From assembly GCA_036172245.1 (NCBI GenBank), contig JAYWIR010000045.1:1426001-1490000 (forward strand): a stretch of DNA of 64,000 nt. Direction: 5' to 3'. Below are positions 36,296 through 50,700 of this stretch, in pieces; position 1 is the first letter of the stretch, and every line of letters starts with the position of its first letter. The translations under genes and the position numbers were made by a program. This DNA comes from Raillietiella orientalis. Lineage: Eukaryota. The notes below the pieces were generated by a model. It saw only the letters and a list, made by a program, of their open reading frames with translations. It was not told the origin of the DNA and ran no database searches.

Positions 36296-39200
36296 CAAAT
36301 TATTTTACTGTTTTAGCATAAGTTACACACACACATGCTGGTGCCATTTTAGAAATCTTTTCACCTCTGGCTAAAATCGAGAAAGCATCAGCATTGCGGG
36401 TTATCAGTTTTTTTGCTTTTCGTTCAGAAGAACTAAGCACATAAATTTTTCCTACATGAATTTCTTAATGACCTAGGACAGCAGAGCGGTATTGTGACCA
36501 TTGGGAGTCTTCGGTCGAGCAAAAACTGAACGTAAAAGTCAGAAAGCGTTTCCCTCTCAGAACTGCCGTATTCAGATCACCTGGAAGAGTGCTTTCGTTT
36601 CTTGCTTTTCATTTTATTCTTGTAGTAACATTGACAATCGATTCCTATCTTTCTAGTGAGATGTCTTATCTTTATAGCTGCCTTCTTCTATCGATTCCAT
36701 GGACCCTATCCTCCAAGATACCAGTGTAAGAAAAAAAACCTTTCCACGAATCGCATGACGACTTGTTCCTTAGGGATTCCCATTTTCCCAACTGTTTCCT
36801 TGTTAGCATTTTATGAAAGAATTACGTTTACTTCAATGCTTCTTTGGTATTACAGCATGTTTAAAATCTCTTTACAGAAAACAATCTGGATGTCCATCGT
36901 CATCCAGATTCATGTAATTCAGTCCAGTCTTAAATGACGATTTTTTCGTTTTACTCTTTGTAATTGCAAGCTGATTGTAAACACCGATGGACTCTGACTT
37001 TTTTTTTTTTTTTTCCCTTCTTTTATCCTGTGCGTGCCTGATGCTGCTTGTGTCTCGATTTTCCTTTCGGTGGTTCTCCCTGCTGCCTTCTCAGGAGAGT
37101 TGACGTTTCATTTTTTCCGGTTGCATCCCCCCATCTGCAAATTTGCTGATCTTCCAGTTAATTCCTATTTGTATTTTCGACAAAAAGAGGTAATGCCCCT
37201 TCCCTCTCACCCTTTTTCTTTAATGAAGAATACATTTACATACAACAAGCAGAAAGTGCCTTCAGTGTTTTTTCTACCTTCAAGAACTCTTTTTTTCTCT
37301 CTGAGACGAAAAGCACGAATTCAATTCTGTACTCTTTCATCCCCCCCCCCCCTTGGAATGCGGAAAATTTCTCCAAGGAGGCAATTTAGATTTTATTATG
37401 ACTTTTGTGTTCAAAAAAAAAAACAAATAAAAAAACAAAAGCGTAATGGCCATTATTTACTGATAGAAGCGGAGCATGAATCAGATGTTTCCTCCAAACG
37501 AAAGATCACCGAAAAGGTGTTGACTTTCTGTTATGTGATAACGTCATGAACGGAGGAAGATGCTCAGAATTGCCGCCATATTTTCCTGTGTTTTGTGTGA
37601 ATTCACACTCTAATAGATAACTCCTCTATGTTGCGACCATCTAAGAATAAGCATTCTGGGAAGCAACTCTTTCCTTTTCGTCTGGCTGGTAAGCCATTCA
37701 GAAAATTGGTGCTCCCTGATCCAAATAAATTCAGATCGACCTTTTTTGCACAGCCTCATGCAATCAATTAGAGGTTCCTGCAAGAGTAGCAAAAATCATC
37801 TGCTTTCACAACACGACCACCACCAGAATTTGCTGCTTTTGTGCATGCAGCTCTTTTGTGCCCGTGGATCGATGGTTGTGGGAAGTAATTCTCGAATTTC
37901 AATCCGAGTTTCCCGATCTGCATTCCTCCTGACGTGTTGTCATGGAGACAGTTCGGGATTAATTTCTGGCAGTGTTCTCGACGATAATTACTTCCGTGCA
38001 CTGTGACGAGGGAGCATTTTGGGCGGAGTGTTCTGCGAACAGCAGCAAATCTTCTGCACTTATTATTGCTGGAGTGTACCCGAATGCAATTAACTAGTTA
38101 CGTGCCCAACGTGTCGTGATGTGTGAGGTGGTGGAATGCTTTTGTGTGGTGGAAAGCCTTACCAGCTTTGTACTGATGACGAAATTGGAATTTCGTTAAT
38201 TGCATTGTGGGTGAACGTGCGCTCGAAATTCATGCAAGGGCCTGTGATAGTTCCGACTTTGCATCAGTTGGCAGGATTAAATACATATGTGTGTGTGTGT
38301 ACATCGAATAAAACATTTTGCATTCTTATACAGTCAGAAGCTCCAACAGAATCATATACGTACAACATACATTTTATTATGTAACGTCGTGCTTTACACG
38401 GTCGCATGCATAATGTTTGTGAATGTGTACGTGTTCGTTTGCCGGGACACAGTCAGTCATTTGAAGTGTTTTTAGTTTCTCTGCATTGTACTTCTCTATT
38501 GGTGGTTTTGGAATGATTTCATGCAAATGTTTGCTTTGTTTCCTGTTGCAAATGGTTTCAAGTGCCAAGCCCAATGTGCATTCATTAGGTTTGGCAGAAA
38601 AATATAAAACATGCAACAGAAGTACAAAAATAAAATTCAAACCTTATTCACTTCATTAATTACCGAATCACTTATTCCCTGTCTTCCTCTTTTTCGCATT
38701 GCCATTGTGTAGTGCATTTAGGAAATCTACAGAGCTGTCCCCTGTTATTGTAAAACATAATTTTGGAGTTTTGAAATTTTCCAATAATGTTGACCTGTAA
38801 TCGGAATAGTAAGAAAACTCATTGCACATGTTACAGAAAGGGAGGTGCATAGGTATGTGCATTAATGTTTACAATTGAGTGAGAAATTATAGCTTATGAA
38901 GTTTTCGTCCACCGAAACTAGTATCCACCAACGGTTTCTTATTAACGACTGTTCATTGTATGTTCTTTCAGGAATTCAGTTCAGAAAGTTAGAAAATAAT
39001 GTTCGTATACACATATATGTTACAGTTCGCATTTCAACACAGTTTAACTTAATTTTTACGGTTGTTATAGTTCAATTTGGAAGGGAAAATCATGATGTAA
39101 ACATTACTCCATCATTGCCACGTTTCGAGCGCATGTAGTTACTCTAGACATGTTTCTTTTGACATGTAAGCATCCAAATGAATAATAATTCATTTACGTG

Positions 39201-40062
39201 GAAAAGCCAAATTATTTTGCTTGTTGCAATTCATTAGTTTGTTTCAGAACGTTTGATGCACAACATCAAAATATAATCTATCTGATTAGTTATTAAATGT
39301 TTTTATGCTAGTTTTTAAATACAGCTGATGTGCATCATTTGTTAGAATGTGGTTCTGTCATTGTATGCTAGTTTGAGATACATGAATTCATGAGGTATAG
39401 TTTTCTTCTATTATTTTAATTTTTTTTAAGATTACTGATATCCTGAATTGACTTTGATTCCCATTACAAAAATAAAATGCAATCATCTTTTTATGAAAAT
39501 GTGGACAGAGAACTTTTAATAAGTCTTTCAATAATCTTGGAGTGATGATTTTTCAACAAAATAGATATAAACCAAAAGTAACTCGTTTCTATTACAACTA
39601 AAAATAAGTCATTTCTTTTGTATGAAGTGTTTATGATGTTTATTATGAATTGCAAGGTACTCACATCAGGTATATATGCCATAAAAACAAGCAGTGAAAA
39701 TAATGAATTGTAATTTTTCCTAAACATCATAAAATGAATTATTTTGTCGGATCAGCATTACACCAAATGCTAGGACAAGCTTTATGTGGGCTTTTGCAAT
39801 TAATACTGCAATGTGTCCATTTCTAGAACTGTGAATTTTAAACTGCAAATGTAGTCCTAGTAATTGATCGTTGCTTGTATTGGGGTTTCGTTTGATGGTG
39901 TTATATCTCTAGCGTTTACAGTAGTAGATTTTTAATAAAAAGCGTTCGGTAAGAACTAGAGGTTTAAAGGAAATTTATATGCTGTGCTTAAGAAATTTAT
40001 GTTGTAATTCAGCAATTTATTTGTATTGAAAGTCAGTTCTTTTAATGGTAGATTTCAACAAA

Positions 40063-41850
<1,788 letters not shown>

Positions 41851-42600
41851 TTTTATGAGACTTTATTCTTTGCTAAAATTATATTATAACTGCTTATAAG
41901 TAAAGGTTAAAGGTGTTTATGAAAATAGAACTGAAACTGAAAATTTAAATGATCAACTGAATTCTCATTTCCCCCAACATTTTCTTAATATAATACAAGT
42001 TTTGAAGACTGTGTGTAGTTTCATTAGCATGGCTGTTGACATGGCATGGGGTTACGCAATCCGAGAGCAACTTTGAACGGGCTTCGCATGCAGAGCGAAT
42101 CTGAGGGAAACGTCTGTTGCCCTGCCAACATCTTATCGTGCGTTCCGTTCACCTATTTTGCGGAAATTGTTCAACGTAGGCGATGGTGTTATGAAGACAC
42201 AACAAATATATCTCACACTCGTTGCTTTTGGAAGACGCTTGCCCCGTTTTGTTTTGCTTGCAGGATCGTTCTCCTGATTCAGTCGTCTCGTGTGATAAAT
42301 GTGTACTTTTGACTTTCATCCCGAAATCCGAGCAACTGGTGCACACAGGGCTTTTATAGCTCCACCCTGCGTCAGGGTTTCAACGAAAAATCCCAGCCGT
42401 TGTTCTTATCCGTTGTTCGGGAATTGTATTGGATTCGTGGACCCAGTACGCAATGGCAGATGTGTAAAAAGTGGTTCCCCCAAAAGTTTTTCTTCTGAAA
42501 CCGAAACAAATAATTTCGGTGCTTGCGGATTACGCAAATGTGGCTCTGCATGTTGCCACCCTCGTGTTTACAACGTGAGGTCACGACACATCAAACTCTT

Positions 42601-42619
42601 GGGGGGGGGGGGGGGGGGG
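42601..42619 (+). repeat. G19 homopolymer
   Basis: Nineteen consecutive G about 750 bp downstream of the GOLPH3 stop. Confidence 0.9.
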
Positions 42620-45600
42620 ATGTTCTTGTGTGTTTGCAAGTGCTGTGAAAATGAATAAAATGGATTTCATGCATCGTTTCCTTGAATAAAGCGTCCGTTT
42701 CCCTGGATGTTGGGTTGCCGTACACATTTGGTTACCATTCATATTGCAAACTGTTTTATTACGTGTTGGTTAGAAAAGTTCGTGGGAACCGTTTCACATG
42801 GACCAGTTTTTTTTTCTCGAACGCGGTTCCCTTTTCTCTGGAAGCTATGATTCTCGTGTTGCCAGCGTTGCCCCATCCGATATCCAGTTCGAAGAAAGCA
42901 TTGAGCCTGCTCTCGACGTACGGCCCTCGAGCAGCCAGAGGCAAACTTTATGAAAATGCACAAAATTTTTAGATCGGAGTCCCGCATTTCGTGGTTTTTT
43001 CCCTTGTTTGGCAATTTTGTGCCAGCGCTGTGTGGCTATAATTATTTTCTGAAGATGTTTGTGGCATCGTTGAAACTTGGGAACTTTTCTGATGTGTCAG
43101 TAAATGCATTCCAGAACTGCTTCCTCGTTCGGGGTGCTACAAAAATGACTTCGCCTTCCACGAAACCTTTGCTAATTGTATTTGATGCCTTAACAGTTTT
43201 CCCCTAAGCAAACTGCTGGAGTGTGCTCAAGCGATCGGGATTGGCATTGCAGCTCAACCGATCCAAACTCGTTCGAGATTGATTTTTTCCGGTATTGGAT
43301 TGGGCCTGTTTGACCCCATTTTGTCGAATTTTCTACCAGCATTTTAGTCGCATAGGCAACGGAAACCGTGGTATCAAGTGAAGTCGTCTTTAACTCAGGA
43401 GATCACCGCGGGTTTTTCTGGGAACAGCGCTGTCTTTGAAATGTCGGGCATGTTCTCATGTTCCTTTCACATTAACAACGTGAGCCACAAAAGTCGACAT
43501 TGCCCAAGGGAAACTGTTCCGTTTCTTTGAAAAAACGTCGGTTAAGGTCTTGAGCAATGCTGAATACTTAAACAACATCATTCATATTTGTTCTACATTT
43601 TGCATATCGCAGTGTGTCGAAAGCTCTTTTACGAACTTGTTGACCATGCTTCCAGCAAGCTCCCCATTAAGCCCTTGTCAGGCAGGAAAGCTTTTCTCCT
43701 TGGTCTCTTACAGAAAAGGAAGACACGGGGAAGTCTGTTGTATGTGTGTGTTTGTGGTTCGAATAAATGTGGCTCTGATTCACCCCTATCTTTTAGCGTA
43801 TTCCGACATGAAGTCCAGAATTCCTCTTCCAAAAAGTGCTTGCGAAAGTCAAATGACTCATACGGAACTGTAGCTTCATCTGTCACCTTACTTTTCGAAA
43901 ATAAATCCCCACTCCCCTTCCCCTCCCAAAAGACAGGGGGAAAAAAAAAAAAAAAAAATCAGCTGCATTCTCAAGGTGACTGAAGGATTGGCGAATGTCT
44001 GCTTCCATGTTTTAGTGATTCATTCCCTATTATTCTTTATCGAAATTGCGTTCACTCATTTTTTTCCCCTGCTTTTTTAGGATCAACTGCTAGAATGGCA
44101 GATCAGTTATTTCGTGTCATGCGTGTCAGTGTTTGAGTGTTTTCTCATTCTCCGCTTGTACAGTGAGGGAGCATAGTATTTTTCAAGAAACTGTGAATTC
44201 AAAAAAAACAGGCGTTTGCCATTATGTAACCCCCACTGATGTGTTATCTCAAGAGAAAATAAGCAAAGGATTCAGAGTTACCGTTTCTTTTTGTTTATGT
44301 CAGGGCTTGGTAGCACATTAAAACGAATTCGCTCATTACAGCAATGCAATTGAAGGCAACGATTTCCAAAACGTTGCGGGCACGCAAATTTTTTTCAAAA
44401 TTATCCTGTGGACGCTCCTGGCACAGAGAGCAAGGAATTGGAATCAAAGCGGAGTTTGATCTGAAAGGCTTACTGATCCTGAAAGACTTGCCACCGAGTA
44501 GTGAAATACACCCGAAAGCATCTTAAAGAGGCATCTACAAGGCATCGGAGGGGCTAATGGATTTCTGATGAAGCTTCTCTTCACAGTCAGTTTGGTCCGT
44601 AATTCACCTTTGAAACGATTGGGAATTTTGAGCGGACTGACTGCTGCTTTCCGGAGAAAGTCTATTGAAAGGAGCGTCAACCAGTGATGGCGATGTAAGT
44701 GACGAGGAAGCTGAAACAAAATGGGTCGTACCCATGATTTTTACCCAAAGTGAGTATCGTCACTGAGCGGGAAACGGGAGGAGGGGGGACCTTTGCGGTT
44801 GAAGATGGCAACGGCTGAAGCAACCTTGGCGCGGGATCCTTCGATTGGTCAGTTCACGAGAGCAAGAACAGAGGGTAAATGTAAAAAAATGAGTGCCTGG
44901 CTTTTTTGCTTGCAGCCATGAGAGACTACGCAGCCACTTCACAAAAAGCAGATAAGCAAGCGGCTTGACAACAGTTTTTTTTTTCTGAAGAACTCTCTCA
45001 GTCCAAATTTGATTTTCTCCTCCACGCTCCAGCAGCACCCCGGACTGCGAAAACTCTCCTCATCATAGCAGTATTCCAACAAGCCGAACTTTGTGTTCTC
45101 AACGAGTTGTTTGCGAATCGTTCGCTTTTTTTCCTGGACGCCTTATTTTATCCGTGGCAGAATCATTCATTTTTCACAAAGTTCAACTTGCCAGATCTTA
45201 TGCTAGATGTTGGGTGCTCCTCTGTGCCTCGCGTCAAAAGGTGAAGCAGCTGGATTCTCGCTCACTATCCATGGAGATGGTGGATTCGAAAGCAGCACGT
45301 GAGACCTCTTTAGACGGCAAGCCCCCCCATCTTGCCTTTTCCAAGAATGGGACGGTCAGCCGATGAGCAACTTGTCTTAAGGCTCGTTTCGGCTCACCTT
45401 GGCCTTTCAACTTTCACATTAGCGATCTATTGCACGAAATCCACAACCTATTCCAATTCCGATTTCTTGTCGAACGGTTCCACCAGGCTGTCTCAACTTC
45501 GGAGCGAATCATCCTGTGCGATTGGAATGCCTTCTTACCAAAGCTTACATCCTAGATCGTGCAAGCACAGTGATTTGAATTTTTGGATGCACACAACACT

Positions 45601-46230
45601 CAGTAGGGAAATTTTCTCAGCCGGTGCCTCCGAACTTTGCACACTCCGAGCAGATGCTTCCTTTCCACATGCGTTCCTCTTCGCGAATGATTATGGATTT
45701 TTCGATGCAAAGTTTCTTCACGAAGAAGCTCATAATGATTGTATCTTTCGACATCAGAGCTCTCAGATTCCTCATGCTTATTTTTGCTCAAGGATGGCGG
45801 AGGCATCAATTGGCTGTGTCTGCTCACAGGTACCAGTAGATAAGGATTCTCAGTAAGGTGCTAGAAGATCACAACGGTGCAGAATCACAGTCAAATTCTG
45901 TTCGTTCGCAGAGCTCGTCAGTTCTCGGTTAAACCATCCGAGATGCAGACAGGCTCCAGACTCAGTCATCAGATGGATGATCTCAACATCTTCAGCTGGT
46001 CTGACGCCTGGATGGCATCCGTGCAAAATTTACCCAGCAGCCAGCCATATCGACTCTTGCACTCGAACTTAGGGAAGAGCTGTCCTTCCTATAAGGACAG
46101 GATCGCCCTGGGTCCACAAATATCATCTAATGCGAAACAGTTTTTGCTTATACCATAAGCAAAACCTTTTTTTTGTCACATCAGGCTGACGGTCTAGGAA
46201 ATTAAGTGAATCGGCTGGTCCAACAGCATT

Positions 46231-46754
46231 CCGGAACGATCTTAAAAATAAATACACATGCTTATTATATATATTAACATATAAATTTATATGTAAATTA
46301 ATCTATATATTAATATATATTATAAAGTTTATAAAAAATATATGCACGCTTATTATATTTATATACAGATTAATATACAAGCTTATTTGAACATGCATTT
46401 TTATTATTTATGAACACGCATATTCTGAATATAATCTATAATATGTTTATTATATATATATTTATATGCGGAGAAATGTATATTGCAAAGGTTATAAAAA
46501 TTAATACGCAAGTGTATTTTTGTAACATTTATCTGTATAATACACATGTGTTTCAATTTATCGTGAATATAATGAATACGCATGTTTAAATAAATTCGTG
46601 CATTAATCGATACACAAATGTGTATATTATGTGCATAATAAGCACACATATATTATAATTTTTATAATATGTATAAATTTAATTCAATCTCTATATAAAT
46701 TCCTATACTAATATACATAATTGAGCATATGTATTTATTTTTAAGGTCTTCCGG
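46231..46754. mobile_element. AT-rich foldback / MITE-like element with long imperfect terminal inverted repeats
   Basis: Left end CCGGAACGATCTTAAAAATAAATACACATGCTTATTATATATATTAAC matches the reverse complement of the right end CCGGAAGACCTTAAAAATAAATACATATGCTCAATTATGTATATTAGT. Similarity continues for about 170-200 bp inward. Sharply more AT-rich than its flanks, non-coding, no clear target-site duplication. Confidence 0.7.
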
Positions 46755-47214
46755 GATTTTGATGGGCACAGAAGTGAATCACGTCGAAGCAGTGGAAAGC
46801 TTCACCCAGTCCAAAACTCCAGCGTCGAATAGCTGGAATTCTGGAAAAAAGTCGGGAGAAGAATGATTCCATCCGTCTTCGTCATCTACACCACTGCCTC
46901 ATTTTTACTTTCTAAGCGTACGGACAGGAAGAGCATCCTTAATGACCATTCTCAGCAGAGGCTGGGAAGTACCTGCTTCTTCTGCAAACTTTGAGAGACA
47001 GAGAAGTGTACAGGCGCTTCCGCTGGGGCTGCGAGGCGAACTCGGCATTGCTACAGCAGCAAAGGTGAGTCATCTCAGGATTCCTTCGATTTTTCCAAAA
47101 CCTGGTTTAGTTTATGTCGACTGAGGAGGAGTGAGCTTGCACCTATTTGTAGTTAACCTGAGGGAAAAGTTCCTTGACAACGATGAATCGCAGTTGCCAA
47201 CCAGCGCCAGTTCA

Positions 47215-47705
47215 TCATATGTAAGCTACCCAACAGCTGTGGGCAGTGTGGTGTAAAAGTCCAGTGATCTTTTGGACTTGCGTGCAAGAACTTGAGTACT
47301 GATCACTTTGGTACTTTGGTGACTCATCGATCACGAGCAGAACTCCTGAGAATTTCTCATGGACGATCCATTCTCTCAGGCGAAGGTTGTGCTGGACCTT
47401 CTCCATGTCTTTTACGAGCATTAGAAACGAACAAGACTGGGAAGCAGGCTAGTCGGCGAAACTACTCCCGTAAGCTAATAGGCAAGCTAAATGCCCACTG
47501 CCAAGCAGTCTCCTTGATCTTGAAAAGATCTGAGAAAGATCCCGTTCAAGTAATTAGAGCTGTGAAAACGAGTCAAGCGGCTAAGGAACCCATAAAGACG
47601 ATTAAAGTAATTCTTTCCAGTAATTCCTCATCGTTGCTACAATTCCCAAAAGTTATTCTGGAACAGCTTAAACAGTCGAGAGAGAGAGACTTCAGCGGTG
47701 TCTTC
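47215..47705 (-). pseudogene. Two exon-like fragments, the first with in-frame stops (decayed gene of unknown family)
   Basis: After a CCAG acceptor (47709-47706) the - strand reads EDTAEVSLSRLFKLFQNNFWEL*QR*GITGKNYFNRLYGFLSRLTRFHSSNYLNGIFLRSFQDQGDCLAVGI*. It is followed by MEKVQHNLRLREWIVHEKFSGVLLVIDESPK (ORF 47215..47421). Confidence 0.25.
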
Positions 47706-50700
47706 CTGGTTGTCCTCAAGGGACGTGTTCAACACATTCCGGGGCATGTTCCTCCTTCCCTGTTCCTGCCTGCTTGCCCGGGACGCGCTCGGGGGAAAAA
47801 GAAAGTCGCTCTTCCAGAGCGACTTTCTTTTTCCATCTTTTTCCAAGGAGGAGGGCTCCATGGCGGCGGGAGGGGAATACCGGGGGATATCTCCAGATAC
47901 AGGACGAGGCGTTAATGACTCCAGAATGGGAGGCTAGTGAGAAGAAAGTTTCGGGGAACGCCAGCTACTGTGTTGAGCGCCGGAGAAGTCTCCACTTCTT
48001 CACCTCCTCCAGGAAAATGGAAAAAAGCTGTGCACCAGAGGACTCGTGTCCTCGAGCGATCGAGGATAGAGGGAGCTCTAGAGCAAAGGAAATTCCAGAA
48101 GATCCCAGCAGTTAAATATCCTAGCTGCGGCGGTGAAACAGCGCGGTGATTCTATCAATTATACAGGGATTGGCGCTTGCGTCTGGGACTCTGCAGCTAC
48201 AAAAGGGCTCATCTGGGGGTATGGAAAAAAGAGTGGAACCGGAAGTGCTCGGAAGGATCTCGGGAATGGCCTTGAAAAATTTTGCTTCAAGTGCGAATTT
48301 TCATCCTTTTCAGAACATTCCCTTGTTCCAGAGCAGATTTACGTTTTCGGTTGGGAGTCAGAGCACGGCCTCGAAAACGGGGTCTCAGACTATGAGGGTT
48401 TCGAATTTTGGTTTCGATGCCTAACGCAAGGCCTCTGAACCCGTGGGGAAACCCCATCAAGCAGACAGAAGGAAACGCCGGAAAGGCTCAGAAAACCAGA
48501 TTGCCAGGCGATCGAATGTGGCGGGGAGAAAGGAGATGGGACGATGAGAGAAAGGGATGTTGGCAAGGGGGAGACGAGAGCGACGGCTTTGCCGACGAGA
48601 AACCATTCCGTGTGCGAGACTCTTTCCGCACCAGTAATCTCTAGGAGCATCACAGACTCGGTGAAGAGCTGTCAGAGGCGTATCCGTGAGGAGGGGAGGC
48701 GACGGATCAACCGCTTCAGGCTACTCCGGGAAAAGTGATGTCTCATCACCAGGGTTGGACTCCACGACTTTGGATGCAGGACTAAGCTCTACAGGAAGGC
48801 AGCCGAGTTACCACATTCCCTGACCCCAAAAGAGTTTGTAGGCATTCTTGGAAGGGACTTAAGGATGAAAGGCGAAGTGCCGGGAACCTCTCCCTTTTGC
48901 TGCCAGAGGAGCAACTGCGTCGGAGCGGGAGTTGGCGGTCGAGTTCCTGGGGGGCCTGCGAATCGAAGAACGACGAGGTGCTCAGAAAACTCAGATCTCT
49001 TGCACGCATAAACAGAGGCGGCAGCAATCAAAATTTCGAAAGGTCATAAAAAGCAAACGCATATCTCATTCTCCATGGATTCATAAACAACCTTAGTTGA
49101 ACGCACATAGTTATTCATATTTATCAATGTGAATATTATTAACAGTAATATTCTTCGAAGATTATTAGGAACCAGAAACATGTATTCATACATCATGAAA
49201 GACTGGACCAGATCCAAACAGAGGTACCTGAGGTACCTCTGAGGTGCAGGACAGCCATGGATATGCATCCCACAGCACAGCTACAGTCTGGGAGACACCG
49301 GGAGGCATGAACAGCGCCTACGATAGCCACAGATTCATCACCTCTCTTCCGACCAACTCACTAAATGGAGGAAATGGTGGAACATTAATTTTGTGTACCA
49401 AAATCTTAAATAAAAACTCTGAGACTCATCGCTGAACTCCTGGACGAGCGAATGAAAACGGAGAAGATTTTTTAATGGAAGCGACCTTCCTTGAGGAAGG
49501 CAAAGATGACGTCAGGGCATTGTCAGGCATTTGGGCATTTGATTCAGGAGAACAGCCAAGGGAGTGCGAGACAGACATCCATCGAGACGTCATCCATCCT
49601 TCTTCTCTTAGACCCCGATGATGCTTACCTTCTCCGGACGCAGGGCTTCTGGTCAGAGAGAAAGACTGGGATCGCAAAGAAATCGGCTGGCAGTCTTGGT
49701 AAACCAGGCATGCGGAATGGCCTTGCAGCTCAGGAATACCAACCAAGAATCTCTGAAGGAGCCAGTGGCAATGCGCCCTTCTGTACAGACAGAAAGTCCT
49801 TCGTCTCCGAAAACGAAGAAAGGATGTGCTCGGGAGAAGAGCCATCAAACATCGTAGCCATCGAGAGGTTCGATCTTTATCCGGAACGAAAGTGGGCGGA
49901 GAGAAAGCGGATCTCTGCAAGGAGAGAGAAGCCGTCTCTCGGCGTCACGAAGGGCAAAAGACGAAGCAAGCAAGATGCACGGAAGCTGTGCCGGAAAGCC
50001 GCCCCGGTGAAAGGAGCCACCTTCTCTTCCAAAAGAAATCTCGTATTTACTGGGAGATAGTCAAGGGAGGGCTCAAAGTATAAGACCTGAAGGCTTGGCC
50101 AGCTTTCTGAGAAAATGACGAAACGGCCGGGCATACTTTTTTCCTTCCAGACTGCCACATCACTAACAGGGGCTTTCCCTCTTAGTGATCTCGCCCGCTT
50201 CTGGCTAGATCTCTAAGAGGATGCTGGGAAGCAACCTCGAACGATCTGCAAGGCAGGGTATCACTGGAGTATGGAGAGAGAAAAGGGAATCTGGAAACAC
50301 ACCCCTCCCATCCTTGGGGGTGCATCCTTTTCCGGCGCCTGGCTGAGAGAACGAAAGAAGGATTTCCGAAAGGAGTTAAGGCTGAAAGGCCGGAAAGGGC
50401 TCAGACTGCCGAGAGAGGAAGATGGCCAGAGACTTCCGAAAAGACTGAGACAGATAATCTCCTGGTTACCTTGGTGATACAGGATCCAGTTTTCCCTGCT
50501 TTGCGATGAAGGCACTCTTGAAACTGGAATCGTGACGCCACCGAACTGCTATGACGGCACTGTAGAAATCAAAGATGCAAGAGATCAAGGATCGGAATCG
50601 ATCTTAGGAACCGGTCGATGTGGTTATTCAACTCCGCATCGAGATCCTGCTCAGGGGATGCAAGAAAGTGACCTGAGAGGGGAACTCTGAGTTCCTCGTC

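Noticed and set aside
38400..39730. Divergent - strand gene upstream of GOLPH3
   Set aside because: A good donor (GTGAGT near 39665) and short open frames exist, but they could not be joined into a consistent reading frame or recognised product.
40045..40062. Upstream ATG as the GOLPH3 start
   Set aside because: It lies within a probable 5' UTR intron ending at 40051, and MNQEGLFRR at 40063 matches the start of arthropod orthologs.
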